Positions 36,898 through 50,334 of a stretch of 64,000 nt of DNA are shown one piece after another. Below the pieces are notes generated by a model, which did no database searches, was not told where the DNA came from, and worked only from the letters and a program-made list of their open reading frames with translations. Both the position numbers and the translations under genes were made by a program. Position 1 is the first letter of the stretch, and the number at the start of each line of letters is the position of its first letter. Source of the stretch: Iphione sp. A-MEVVRFRX5 (taxonomy: Eukaryota); NCBI GenBank assembly GCA_976226885.1, contig OZ320320.1, positions 88,288,001 through 88,352,000 of the forward strand, in the 5' to 3' direction.

Positions 36898-37935
36898 TCA
36901 GTCTATGAAATGTACATCTCCATAGTAAACATAGCGAGCCAGCTCTCCCAATGTGGAGTTTAGCTTTTTAATACTCTCTGGATTAATTGTAACTCTACGG
37001 AATCTCTTCAGGACATGGACAGCAAAGTTCGATGACCAGTCCCAAAGTTTACCAGGATCAAACATGTAGTCAAGTTCTTGAAGAAAGGGCCTTTGCAGCG
37101 TGTCCCACTCAACGTGGACAAGTTCCGGATGTCTTTTGGCAATAAGCATTGGCACAAGAGTTGAATGTTCGGCCCATATCTGATCATTAAATGTCTTATA
37201 AGAATTCAGCCACATTCGTAGGAATGTTGAATTTGGAATTGAAATTATTATACCATTGTTGAGACGCTGTGAGCTTTCAGCCCCCAAAGTTGTATTATAA
37301 TATAGAAGTGGATCAAAAGACTTTAAACAAAGTACATCTAGATCTATGTAAATGCCACCCATCTCTAAAAGTTTCTCAAGTCGAATGAAATCTGTTTTAT
37401 GCTCTATAACCTTGATCTTGTGTCCAAATACAGATGAGGGCACTTTCACCTCATGAAGCTGTAATTTGTCAACGTTAGCCTTTGCCTTTAGCCACCATCT
37501 GCCACAAGGCTCCCCCGTCTTCCACATAATTATCCGCTCAGGTCTGATGAACTTATGAATGCTCAACATGCTCAGATATTGGAGAAATGTCATCGTACAA
37601 GATCTAGCCTCATGTATCCATATGAGGTGGACAGTTTTTGGAACTGTGGGCTTATTGTTCCTCTTGGCAACATTTGGAAGGGGAGTTTTTTTTTTACGTG
37701 GCCCTCGAAATTCACTGTGTTTCCTCCCCTTGAAATCATTTATGTCCAGCACAGATTTTCCTCCTTCAATATCAGTTTCGTTAGGGAGTTGGTTAGTAGT
37801 AAAATTGTGTGTGCATTGCATAATATTTGATAAAGTGCATTTTAATAAAGGGTGTTTCAGTTTGAGATGGATGACACTACCAATAAGTAAAACCACTGCC
37901 AGCACACAGAGTCCTCTTGACAAGTGTTTAGACAT
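36898..37935 (-). CDS. Glycosyltransferase family 32 (alpha-1,4-Gal/GlcNAc transferase-like), type II membrane protein, single coding exon, 345 aa
   Basis: N-terminal TM (LCVLAVVLLIGSVI), VPKTVHLIW, HKTDFIRLEKLLEMGGIYIDLDV (DxD) and LNNGIII. First ATG at 37935, with an in-frame stop just upstream of the TTG used by the ORF track. Confidence 0.93.
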   Translation of the reverse strand: MSKHLSRGLCVLAVVLLIGSVIHLKLKHPLLKCTLSNIMQCTHNFTTNQLPNETDIEGGKSVLDINDFKGRKHSEFRGPRKKKTPLPNVAKRNNKPTVPKTVHLIWIHEARSCTMTFLQYLSMLSIHKFIRPERIIMWKTGEPCGRWWLKAKANVDKLQLHEVKVPSSVFGHKIKVIEHKTDFIRLEKLLEMGGIYIDLDVLCLKSFDPLLYYNTTLGAESSQRLNNGIIISIPNSTFLRMWLNSYKTFNDQIWAEHSTLVPMLIAKRHPELVHVEWDTLQRPFLQELDYMFDPGKLWDWSSNFAVHVLKRFRRVTINPESIKKLNSTLGELARYVYYGDVHFID

Positions 37936-39199
37936 CAGAGGCAGAAATCTTTTCAAGAAGACAATTCTTTCAGATCATTGAATCTGTATCCTTGCATGAC
38001 AGTATACCGTACTCCATCTGAAAAGATTTTCAAAGGAAGCATTTTAATACATGTCATCAAACTAGCACATTAACAACAAAAGGACTATCATTCCTTTGAA
38101 ATCTAAGGCAAAATATAGCGTTCTATTTGTGTAAGTGTTTAAGAAAATGTATTTCATCCATAGTTTTGTTTGTAAATGTTTATTGTTTGATATTTTCGAT
38201 ATTTGATATTTCTTTATTGACACCAAATCTCTGTATGCAGGTACAAAGTTATCTGTGGTGGCAAAACTGTAGTGGACAGAATAACAATTAACTGATTACA
38301 GAACATGGACAACACAACATTGAATGAACGTGTATCAGATTACATGAAAAGGCACACAACAGAGACACAACATAGACAAACATGGTAACGGTGCAATAGG
38401 TGCCCACTCCCTAACTGGACAGGGCTTCGTGAACTCACAATGCATGTGTAGACAAGAAAAATAGCAACAGAAGATGACAGTCATCACAGCAGGTTGTGGG
38501 CTACATAAATACAGACTAGTAATTACCGAACAGATTTACAGAAATTATCACAAAGACTAGACATGTGACAGGGACAACACATAATATACAGAATATACAC
38601 AGAGTATACACAGAATAGATATAGCATGCCATAACTGGCACACATGTACTCTCAATTCACTTTTGCAATACATTGCTCCTTGCGTCAAGCACTTCCACAA
38701 CACCATGGGATGCTACGATGCAGACAATGTCAGCTCACACTCAAATTCTTCGCACGACATGTACAATTTCAGCATATATGACTCGCAGAAACCACATAGT
38801 TGACACCACTGCAATGAACTTCACGGTTGACAATTGTGTTTATGTTTTGTGGATCTAGCTGGCCATGAAAACTCAAATCCCATCATCTCTTGTGGAGATT
38901 AATGAGCACCATCTCCCATTTTACGGATACTTGGTGATTTTATGATTGGAAGCGATCACATAGTGTTACCTCTATTTAGCGCATGTATGAAGTTCCATAA
39001 ATAAACTTTGGCCAACATTACTGAGCGTTTCCTCATTGACACACATGCGTAATCTTTGTGTTTGAAGTACACTTATCAATTGCCCTATTTACTTGTGGTA
39101 GTAATTGAGCCGTAGGGTATGTTAATGTTGGTGCCTTTTCCTCCCAATGTTTAACTAGCCCTGTGTCACCCGACAACAACCATAGCCTCTTGCGGTATC

Positions 39200-39690
39200 C
39201 TGAAGATAGTCACATACTAGACAGATATTTCTTCAGATTGGGCTTCTCCTCTGCCTTCAAGTCGGACGGCAGCTTGTTCCACACAGAGACTGCTTTGTAT
39301 CCTAAGGTTCTTGGGGTCTGGACAATTTAGCCCTTCTTGCCATACCGCCCCGTGTCTTCGACTCACGCTGCAGCTGCAGCAGTCCAAGTCTCCACTGGTG
39401 ATGAATAGCTGCTAAGCTGTGATAAGAGACCACTGATCTGACTCGCTCAATTCCAAATTTCTCGTTGATGGTCCTGGAGCTCATGTAGCCCCCAACTTGT
39501 ATAGCCGCGCGCACACACCTGTTTAAGTGTACCTGAAGCTTGCAGAGGTCTGCCTCACTGACTCTGTAGTATAAAACTGCTGCATACGTGATGTGCGGCA
39601 ACATCAACGCATTGAAGAGCTTTACCCTTGCCTTTACTGGTAGAGACCCTTTGGCTCTTCCTATCTTCACAGACGATAACAGTAATATCC
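39200..39690 (-). mobile_element. LINE ORF2 C-terminal fragment
   Basis: KLFNALMLPHITYAAVLY...LQVHLNRCVR matches the LY.ALI.PHL.Y...W C-terminal motif. Confidence 0.7.
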
Positions 39691-40025
39691 TGTTTCAAAA
39701 CTGAAAAGTAGGGAAAATATATATTACTAGCTATAGAAATTCGACCCAAATAACCTAGTTTGACCCAAATAACTAAGTTGAAGTACAGTTTTTTAGAGCA
39801 AACCTCTTCGTGGTTTCGTCCCTATCCGTCTTGGAGAAGAAGAGGCCTATAGATCAGTAAGGAAAGCACATGATGAACATATATAACAGACCCATTGTTT
39901 ATTCTCACTAATGCAGATATTTCTATGTATCCTTCAGTTCGTCCACATTTCCAATGTTCAGAGAAGTACTCCAAGTCAATCCATTTCATATTTACTTGTC
40001 CTCACAGAAAGCCAGGCAGTAATTG

Positions 40026-40368
40026 GGTGGGGAGTTAGCTCAGTGGTAGAGCACTGGTCCACTAATTGAGAGATTGCAGGTTCAATCCCGGTCTTGGGAC
40101 TCTTGATCACAACCAGACAGATTTACTGTAGCCCAGAGTGGTCCACAACGTGTAAAAAGGCGGTGGGTGTGTAGGATTTTGTCTCCTATGCAAAAAAAGA
40201 CCCCAGAAACTTATTCGAAATAAGAGTAGTGAGCAACCCCGGGTATTCTGGTCTCTCAATTCTCAACAATAGATGGTAGTATGCTATCCCAGGAGGGTAT
40301 GGAAGAGCTCTGTTGTGTGATAGAGAATATCTAGTTCCTGGCTAAGATACAACGAAATGAAATGAAAT
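40026..40368 (+). mobile_element. tRNA-derived SINE
   Basis: A box TAGCTCAGTGGTAGAGC, B box GGTTCAATCCC, ~270-bp body, (GAAAT)n tail and possible TAATTG TSD. Confidence 0.85.
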
Positions 40369-43300
40369 AATTGCTGAGTCATGATGAAGGAGGCTCATTG
40401 AACATCCCCAGCATACGGAGTCTGTCACGTTAATCGATCAACAAGTGGTTATCATAAAACTAATCAAAAACTCATTTCATCAGCCAGGGCCATGAGCTTT
40501 ATGACATCTACTCCATGGGTTCTCTAGATCCTTTCTATGTCACTGCAAAACCAGGGGAGTGGGACAAACTCTACAGATGATCAGAAAGAAAACTGAGTTG
40601 GTAAAACATCTGTGTGATACTGAAAGATTAAACAAGATATCGAAAGTGAATTTTACTAGGATATCCATGTATGGCCCTGATAAACAGAGATGAACCGAGT
40701 TGAAGGGTACAGTTTACTAGATATAGCATGATAATGCTCTTAATCGACTTGAAATTGCTAGGGTCGTGTTTCATATGTAACCACGGGGTATAGTCATATA
40801 TTATGGGGTCATAACCTGGGGCAAGGGATACTGGAAAAATTGACCTGAAGGTGACCCAGGTCAGAATCTAAAGGTTAAAGTGCAATATTGGTCATGACCC
40901 AAGGTCATATGATGCACTTGCTTGTTCGCAATTTTGGATTGCTCTGTTGGCTTGTACTGGAATGTTTTATTTACATCTGCCCCAGAAAAAAGATCAGCTA
41001 GTCCGGAATGAGTTATACGGGGGGAGAATGTGCCCCATCCTTCTGAAACATTGGGTATGCTCAACACATTTTATTTATTGTACTCATTCAGCAAATACTG
41101 ATTTGCATTACTCATCAGGACCTGTTCTGATTTTCCTGAATTCATCTACCCATGGTCCTACATGCTCAAAGACATCGAACACTCGATTGTGCCTCCATTT
41201 CAGTCGGACAACTGCCTGTTATTGAAGGTATTGGGTTCCCCTGTAAAAGCTATTCACGTTCTACCCCGTCCTCCATAATCCCTGTGGTGTCTACACTAGA
41301 AACACAAAATACCCACTAAATCCCTCCCCGAGTACCAACATCCACCACCAGGGAGTCAGAAGGTACTGTAGCTAGTTACTATTACATTAAATAGCGTTTA
41401 GATATTTCCTAAGAGTGTCTCTGCAATTGTCACATGGTTGCTCTGGTAACCACTCCGTTTATCTGTTAATGGAGCAACCAATCAGTAGGCTTGCACAGGT
41501 GATTTTTAGACGTTTTCATGTCATCATAGTATCATGTAACTTGATATAAGGCTATATCTTTATAGCATACACTGTTATTCTTTCTGCATTTGGAGTGAAC
41601 CAGATATTTCGCAGACATAGTTTAACTTTTCACATTGCTGTATTTGTCGGAGACCAAGCTCCGTTACAGTACATATTATACACATTCTCCCCCTCCCCCT
41701 TAACCCTTCCCTGAGTACCATGATCGGGAATCAGGGGGTTCATGAATATCACAAAACCTATCAGTACTAATCCTTCACTGGCGGCTAGGTCGCAACCTCT
41801 GTGATTTGGGGGGGGGCCCATAATCCTCCCATTTACATGGAGGGAGATTAAAAGGATGGCAATCACACTTTCTTCATGGACGCTGCTCTTCTGGAGCAGA
41901 AAGCATGCCTGGTTCGTCCGTATTAGAGACGATACATGCTTAGGAGGGATTTGAGCCATCAAAGTTAGATGCCTGGCCTTGAGGAAAGTCTAGGTGCCAC
42001 TAATCCTGGGGAGATCTCAGGTCCTGTGTAGTCAGGCCTAGGTAAGGCGAACGAGGGACCTAGACCAGAGGACATGCCTCCAGATATGATCTCAGCAACG
42101 CTCCCTTCAACCTTCCAGATCCAGACAGGGTGAGCTTGCCCGAGATATAGACTGCCCCCCCCCTCTGCCAGAGTTCTTGAGTGAGCCCGGAAGGTTCCTG
42201 TTATGCATGCTTACATTACAGCCACTGGGTGCTAGATCCTCTCCTGCTGATAGGTACAAGCTGGTAGAGCAGACTGCTGAGAAGGCTGCTTCCCATCGCC
42301 CGGAGACGTGGATGCCTTTATATTGCACCTAATCCTCCATCCAGTTTTTACTGAAAAATAAGATATTATTTTCAGCGTTATGTCATATTTCTTATATGGG
42401 GCTGGTTGCTTTCTTTTCTGAGGGTCAGTGTCCTCTGGGATATAATTCTATATTGTTACCTTCACATGGAAATATTGATATCACACATACTAAAACATAT
42501 ATTTTTGCATTATTTGTCAGTTCAGATTAATATGGGAACATTACCCCTGACGTTTCCCCATTAGCTGTATGCACTCTAGCCCGTCCTAAGTACCACTCAG
42601 GACGGGGACCTGCTTGACAGGATTCCAAGACATTTGGCCTATACATCAGAGTAAAAGTCAGGACTTTGGATTTCAGATTTTTTTTAGATTTTGATTATAG
42701 TCTAAGGCCATCGCTTTGAAGGAGGAGAGAAAAGGAACTGTTGGAATGGTAAATTTCGTACAAATTCTGACAAGAAAATGATACAATTCATTCAAATTTT
42801 ACCCCCCAAAATGCTGAAATTCATGTAAATTTACATGAAAGTTACTTAGATGTTGATATAAATATTCAGTTATCTAAGATATATTATAGTGGAATACTTT
42901 TTCGGACTCAGGTTTTTTGGTTTTGGAGGGTTTGATTTGGGAGATTTATTTATACATCAATAAAATCAGCTCAGAATAATTATGTCACTCAACTGAGGCG
43001 ATCCCCCCCTTAGAGCCCATCACACAGCCTGTCACCATTTAGAGATGTTCATACGAGACAACCACTAAATAGATGGCGAGTTCATCAGGTGTGAGCAGAA
43101 AGTCTCCAGCCTAACCATCCGCTAACTAAGCTAAACAGTGACAAGCCAGGTCCTGGATTGGTCTCATAAGAAAAACCTTCATATTTTTAAAAAAAGTTTA
43201 TTTATACTGAAAGCATACACAGACGTGTTTATATCCAGATTATTATGTGTTTATATCGACATTATTTATATCTATGTATATATTTTGTATAGCAACAATG

Positions 43301-43757
43301 ATTTGGTAAAGATTATAGACACTCTAGCAGTGGTAATAGACCCATAAGCCCTTAACAAGTGTCAGCCCTGGTTAAAGTACTGTCAGTTGCAGGACCGGCC
43401 CTAACACGAGCAGACCAGTTACACAGGCTGACGAACCACTACGTACCCTACAGACTACCTGAATCCAATACCTCCCAGACAGATAAGCTGAAACCACAAA
43501 TACACTACAGATAAGCAGAAACTACTACCTACACTACAGAATAACTATCCGTGACCTACATACTGGTTGATTACTAGGATCAGTTCTCTCCAAAGTCTCT
43601 CTCCTTAGAATTGAACTGACTGATACATCTCATAAAGGATACTCAGGCTTTTTCAGTTGTATATATACAAGCGAGTAGGTTGTGCATGTCAAACTGTGAT
43701 ACATTAACTGGAGACCCGCCAGACAAGGGGCGAAGAACTCCCTTCATTTGACGGTAG

Positions 43758-43801
<44 letters not shown>

Positions 43802-44982
43802 CGGCTAATTCAGTATACTCGGTGCATTGCATGAAGCAGACAACATATATGGGCCATTGCAAAAGTAACACAAGTAATCAGTGGTAACCTGGCACTTCAC
43901 CAATGTATCCAGCAAGTCCAATCAGTATCACAACAGTAGCAGTTATTCTAGCTGTTGTTCAACCAAGCAGATTAAATTCAATATACCAACCGTCAATAAT
44001 ATAGGCAAAAAGAGATTTCAATACCGTACAAAATAAAACAGGGTTTTTACCTGCACAGTTCTGGTCCTCGAGTCTGGAAGGTTCTGTTCTGTTGGAGGTA
44101 CTAGTCTGGAGAATGGTGCCGGTGGTGGTAGGTGCTGGCGATGGTGGTAGGTGCTGGTCTGCCTCACCAAGCATGACTAATTTGTTTGCAGTAAGGTGTC
44201 TGTTATGCCTGGGCGCTAGTGGCAGCAAGAAGGACGGACAGTAAGTGCCGTATACTATTTTCAATATTTTGCCCTATTTCTTATGGTAGGTATAATTTAT
44301 ACACGTATAAATCTTCCTTTCCCCACTAGGGGGTTGACAGGTTCCAAACCACCACTGCCACCTGTAGGCATAGCCAGCCAGCTGGTAACCAAGCAACCAT
44401 GTATACATCCCCACTGCCACCAGGTTTCATTTGACCCAAGGTGACCTGGGTCAGCACCAGAGGGAATATTTCCCCCCCCCCCGAAATGTTTGACTCTCCA
44501 GGTGATGCTACATCCCCCCACCAACCGATCACTTCGCAAGAATGGACTGCAATCAGCAGGAAATTAATACACGCGGTATAGTAAAAGTGGCGGTTTATTA
44601 TGAGGACCGGGCACCTTCACTGACTGGCCCCAACATGTTACTGGGGGATGAGCCATATGGACGAGGGGAGTGGCAGGTCGGGCTAGAAGTATTTAACAAG
44701 CAGAGTTTCAGCTGCAAGAGCTGGAAGTCGAGAGGCTGCAGAGGGAGGAGGAGATAGCAAGGCAGACTGAAGCAGGCCAACTGGCAGCTCAGCTTCCGGA
44801 GCTCAAACTGCAATGCAAGCAGCTCTACCTTGAAGGAGAAGGACAGGCCAGGCAAACATCATGGCTACCACGGGTGGGACTAGCGGTCTGCCCCCAGGGT
44901 AACAAGGTGCCACATCCACAGTGAGCCAGGTCTGAGGCATCCAAACCACAGCAGCACGTAAAAGGGAAGAGGTGCATACCCA

Positions 44983-45130
44983 NNNNNNNNNNNNNNNNNN
45001 NNNNNNNNNNNNNNNNNNNNNNNNNNNNNNNNNNNNNNNNNNNNNNNNNNNNNNNNNNNNNNNNNNNNNNNNNNNNNNNNNNNNNNNNNNNNNNNNNNNN
45101 NNNNNNNNNNNNNNNNNNNNNNNNNNNNNN
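44983..45130. other. Assembly gap (N run)
   Basis: Directly visible. Confidence 1.
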
Positions 45131-45895
45131 GGAGTAGGAGGAGGAGGAGGAGCAGGAGGAGGAGAAGGAGCAGGAACAGGAGCAGGAGTAGGAGGAGGAG
45201 GAGCAGGAGGAGCAGGAGGCGCAGGAGGAGGAGGAGGAGCAGGAGAAGGAGGATGGAGGAGGAGGTGGAGGAGGATGAGGGGCAGGAGGAGGAGAAGGAG
45301 CAGGAACAGGAGCAGGAGTAGGAGGAGGAGGAGCAGGAGAAGCAGGAGGAGGAGGAGGATCAGGAGAAGGAGGATGGAGGAGGAGGTGGAGGAGGAGGAG
45401 GAGCAGGAGGAGGAGAAGGAGCAGGAACAGGAGCAGGAGTAGGAGGAGGAGGAGGAGCAGGAGGAGGAGAAGGAGCAGGAACAGGAGCAGGAGTAGGAGG
45501 AGGAGGAGCAGGAGGAGCAGGAGACGCAGGAGGAGGAGGAGGAGCAGGAGAAGGAGGATGGAGGAGGAGGTGGAGGAGGATGAGGGGCAGGAGGAGGAGA
45601 AGGAGCAGGAACAGGAGCAGGAGTAGGAGGAGGAGGAGCAGGAGAAGCAGGAGGAGGAGGAGGAGGAGCAGGAGAAGGAGGATGGAGGAGGAGGTGGAGG
45701 AGGATGAGGAGCAGGAGGAGGATGAGGAGCAGGAGGAGGAGAAGGAGCAGGAACAGGAGCAGGAGTAGGAGGAGGAGGAGAAGGAGCAGGAGAAGGAGGA
45801 TGGAGGAGGAGGTGGAGGAGGAGCAGGAGGAGCAGGAGGAGGAGAAGGAGCAGGAACAGCAGCAGGAGCATGAGCAGGAGGAGGAGGAGGAGAAA
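45131..45895. repeat. Purine-strand (GGA/GCA)n compound satellite
   Basis: Plus strand almost entirely G/A, with a recurring ggagaaggagcaggaacaggagcaggagtagg block. Confidence 0.95.
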
Positions 45896-47079
45896 CAGCC
45901 TCCATCCCTTGGCTTAGGCCGGAGAGACATATTCTGAGCTGCAAGTCATATGGAGAATGACCCTTGTACTATTCGTTTGTCATATCAATTTACATGTATT
46001 TGTATTGATAAAGGCCATGATATACCAATGATATGTATGATATGATTATTGCTGTTTGCTAGCTGTTTTATGTAAATTCATCTCATAATATCTAATTACT
46101 CTGTACCCACTTAAGACATGTCTGAATATACATGAATTGAGTTGAATATGACCTTCTGACAGTTAATCTGAGGATCTATGGATGTGGGCAGAGATCGTAG
46201 ATCATGGTTTTAGTCTTTTCTCTCCTTATGTTATTCCTACCATTTTTACAGATTTTCTTGTCATCATCCATTTTATTCCAGGATTTTATTCCTGGGTGAC
46301 TATGACTTCTACTGTACAAGCAGTTTGTCGCTCGTGGTTCAATAAATCTTGGCTTTTGACCTAGTCTTATCTTTGTCTCTTCTTTTACACACATAAGACC
46401 TCATTGATACAGATGAAAGATTTCAATGCAAACCTTATTTTTAAACCATTTTTTAATGTTTCTACTCTTGTATTTCTTGACACTTTGACCTCGCATTACC
46501 ATAAGTATTGCTCTGTTTTTACAGTACCTTCAGACTTTCTTTAGCGTTGAATTATGAAATTCTGCCAAAAATGGTGCTGTATATTACAATTGAAGTTCTA
46601 TAAAAGACCTTAAAGACCCTCCCCCCATCCCCCTTGTAGTGAACGGCCTGTACATTATGACTGCCTCTGTCTCTCAGCGGAGCTCCCAGAGTTGTCTCGT
46701 AAAATTACAGTTTCATGGCATCTAGTTCCCTAGGATCTCACCAGGGGGCTATGCTGTTCAACTAAATTTGGAAGTGTGTCAGGTATTTGTCCCATAGCCA
46801 CTGCTGCGTGTTGAGCATTGCTGACCCGATATAACCTTGATTCTGAGCGGTATTATATAGAAACATATTGGAATAATTATTCTCTCAATATATATATATA
46901 TATATATATATTATGTGTCTCCAGAGTGAACAGAACTGGGTATGAGTATTATCTGAGCGACAAAAGTATTATTCTTTTCTCAGGTTTGTGGAAAAAAACT
47001 ACTTCCCAGCTGACAGCATGAAGTACGAGAGGGGAGGCTTACCAAAGTAGCTACTGCTGGCTAGGGCAGACTCCCTCCC

Positions 47080-47590
47080 TCGCGCCCTCTCTACTCCTGC
47101 CTTCCTTCCTGTCTCCTTCCCTCTCCTGCCTCCCCTTCTTCCTGTCTATCTATCAATGTCTCTCTCTCTATGTCTGTCTCTCATGCCTCTACTTTCATCT
47201 CCAGGTTTCTCCCTCTCTTACCCCCCTTTCTGTTCCTTTCTCACCCATTCTTTCCCTTCTTTCCCTGCCTCTCTCCCTTTCCGTCTGTATCTATCGCTCT
47301 TTTTTTCTCCCTTCTCACTGTTGCTCTCTCCCTCTCTCTCTTGCTCTTTCTTCTTTTCTCATCCTTTCTTTCCCCTCTTCCCTTCCTCTCTCCATCTGTC
47401 TCTTCCTGCTGTATCCATCTTTATCCTCCCTTCTCACAGTCCTTCTCTCCCTCTCTCTTCTTTTCTCACTCTTTTGTTTCCCCTCTTTCCCTTCTTCTGT
47501 GCCTCTCTCCCTCTCTGTCTCTTCCCTGGTGTATCTATCCCTCTCTATTTTCCTCCCTTCGCACAGTCCTTCTCTCCCTCTCTGCTATCT
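47080..47590. repeat. CT-rich low-complexity repeat
   Basis: Pyrimidine tract with recurring gtatctatc...ctctc units. Confidence 0.85.
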
Positions 47591-48020
47591 AAAGATGGGT
47601 GCAGTGCCCATCCTCGTGCCCTCTCAGTGAACCTGGGCTTCTATTTCTGCCCTTCACCACCGTGAGAAATCCACGTTTAACCTTAGTCACAGCAACTGCT
47701 GCTCTAAGGCCGAGTGATATCAGAGTGTTTATCATTATAGCAAGGGCTCCCTAAGGCCGCTATAACCGGCAGACTGACCACTCGGACGTGTTTCCTGACC
47801 TCTCTGTGTAGAATACGGTGCTAGCCAAACATAGAGTAAAGTTTGCTTTATAACCCACCAGCGATAACCGATAGCGTTGACCCCGTCCTTCCACAGGTGC
47901 ACATCAGGTCTGATTAACGCCCCACTAGTGCCAGGACACGCGCGCAGCAACGTGCAGAGGGGGACCTCCCTGTCCTGTGCACTGAACCAGAACCGTTGGA
48001 AGCTCTCATCACTGGTACCG

Positions 48021-48398
48021 GTAGACATACACCTCTAAACCTAACCCGTCTGGACCGAACCTCTCTAAACCAAACTCCTTGGGAAGGAAAGCTTCCAGCG
48101 ACATACTGGTATCAGTAGACATACACCTCTAAACCTAACCCGTCTGGACCGAACGCCTCTAAACCAAACTCCTGGGGAAGGAAACTTCTCAGCGACATAC
48201 TGGTATCAGTAGACATACACCTCTAAACCTAACCCCTCTGGACCGAACCTCTCTAAACCAAACCCCTGGGGAAGGAAAGCTTCCAGCGACATACTGGTAT
48301 CAGTAGACATACACCTCTAAACCTAATCCCTCTGGACCGAACCTCTCTAAACCAAACCCCTGGGGAAGGAAAGCTTCCAGCGACATACTGGTATCAGT
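48021..48398. repeat. 94-bp minisatellite, 4 copies
   Basis: gtagacatacacctctaaacc starts at 48021, 48115, 48209 and 48303. Confidence 0.95.
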
Positions 48399-49475
48399 AA
48401 CTTACTAAACTCACTCTATGAAAGCGGCCAGCTATCCTTGTACGTGGAGTATTTGTTCTGAGTCATGTGGGGGTGGGGGGTGTCAAGTTGTTGTAGATGA
48501 AATTATGTTTCACAAAAATAGAGAAAAATGCAGATAATAATCTCACAGTGATCGAGTAGAAGTAATGTAATGCTTTAGTCAGAAAGCTTCACGTTGAATT
48601 AAAACATCAACCAAGAATCCATGAACAGAAAGTCCGCCCCCCCCCCGACACACACAGCCGAGCCCTCTCCTACTGCGCGCTCCCCTCGTCAACAGCTCTG
48701 TCTGATTCACGGTAAAACGCCGTGCAGCTATAGGTCTGGGTGTGGTCCCGGGTGGTCTGTTGAATGGATTGCCTGTAATGTAGGTACCCATCTATGATTG
48801 ACCCCTTAATGCTGACCAACTGATGCCCCGTGGGGGGAGGGGGGGGGGCTAGGCCAGGCCAATGCCGAGTTCTGTTCATATTCATACTACGTTCACAGGT
48901 GTTCCCTTTGTCATGAAAACCTCCATATGTATTATAGGGAGGTTTTGAATTAGGACTTTAATTTGAGAGGATTCGTATGTAGGTATCTGTAGAAATGTGT
49001 ATGGCTGAGAGTGTGTATATGTGTGTGTATATGTACAGGTGTTTACCAGATTGTGCGCCTGTGTCTGTTTGCCAGTGTGTGAGTATGTAGAACCATCAGC
49101 GTGTATATATGTATGTGTGTGTGTCTGATTGTAAGCACCTGTAGGCTAGTCCATCTGTAAGCGTGTGTACATGTACGTGTGAGTGTCAGAAGCGCAGTAA
49201 ACAGAACAGAATAGGATATATCTAAATTTGTTTTATAAATTTTTGTAGGCCGTCCTCCTTCTCCCCAAAGCCCCTCCCCCCTTACCTGTCAGCCGAGACA
49301 GCCACTGCCGTCCTCCTCCTCTCCAACCACCCCCACCCCCACCCCCTTCCAGTCAGCTGGAAGATCCAGGGCTGTCGTTATTGCCGTCGTCGTCCTCCTC
49401 CCCCTCTCTCCTCCTCCTCCTCCCCCTCTCTCCCCCTCCTGCTTCCCCTCTCTCCACCTCTCTCCCTCCTCCTCT

Positions 49476-49784
49476 NNNNNNNNNNNNNNNNNNNNNNNNN
49501 NNNNNNNNNNNNNNNNNNNNNNNNNNNNNNNNNNNNNNNNNNNNNNNNNNNNNNNNNNNNNNNNNNNNNNNNNNNNNNNNNNNNNNNNNNNNNNNNNNNN
49601 NNNNNNNNNNNNNNNNNNNNNNNNNNNNNNNNNNNNNNNNNNNNNNNNNNNNNNNNNNNNNNNNNNNNNNNNNNNNNNNNNNNNNNNNNNNNNNNNNNNN
49701 NNNNNNNNNNNNNNNNNNNNNNNNNNNNNNNNNNNNNNNNNNNNNNNNNNNNNNNNNNNNNNNNNNNNNNNNNNNNNNNNNNNN
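49476..49784. other. Assembly gap (N run)
   Basis: Directly visible. Confidence 1.
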
Positions 49785-50334
49785 CTTCCTGCTGTCAGTA
49801 GGCCAGGCCAGGGCTGTCACTTTCACCCGCGGCCATTACACCCCCCCCGTCCCCCCTCCCTCTAGTGAAGACGGTCGGTCGCGCCTCACGGTCTCCCTCC
49901 TCCCCAGGAGCCCCGGGCCCGTCTTTAGTGCAAGGGAAGCTCTGGGCGCATTGTTGGCATTGGATTCGTATGAAAAATGAGCCCCGACGTGTGTTCATAG
50001 CCCGCGCTGGCCGGATTATGCTCCTGTCGCATTGTGGTAGCATGGTGCATAGCTCGAATATAAAGGAACAACAAATTGTGGTCTGCTCTTATCTACTGGT
50101 ATTAACGGCTTTGCTCGCTGTATATGGCGCGGCCTCATTGCGCCAGTCAACTGTATAGATATATATATATATATATACATATGAAGGTGTTTATTTGTAA
50201 GTCGGTGCTCCTGTTGGTATGTCTAGATGTGGGTACATGTTTACATGTGTCTACTAAAACTGTTTTCCTTCTTATACACTTTCCTATTTGTGCTCAGATC
50301 TGCTTGGAAACATTAAAGTTATATCTGAGATGGG

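Noticed and set aside
40026-40100. Functional tRNA gene
   Set aside because: The cloverleaf does not close and the sequence continues into a SINE body and tail.
44803-45944. Long Leu/Pro/Ser- or Glu/Arg-rich ORFs
   Set aside because: Translations of the GGA satellite, open in several frames and crossing an N gap.
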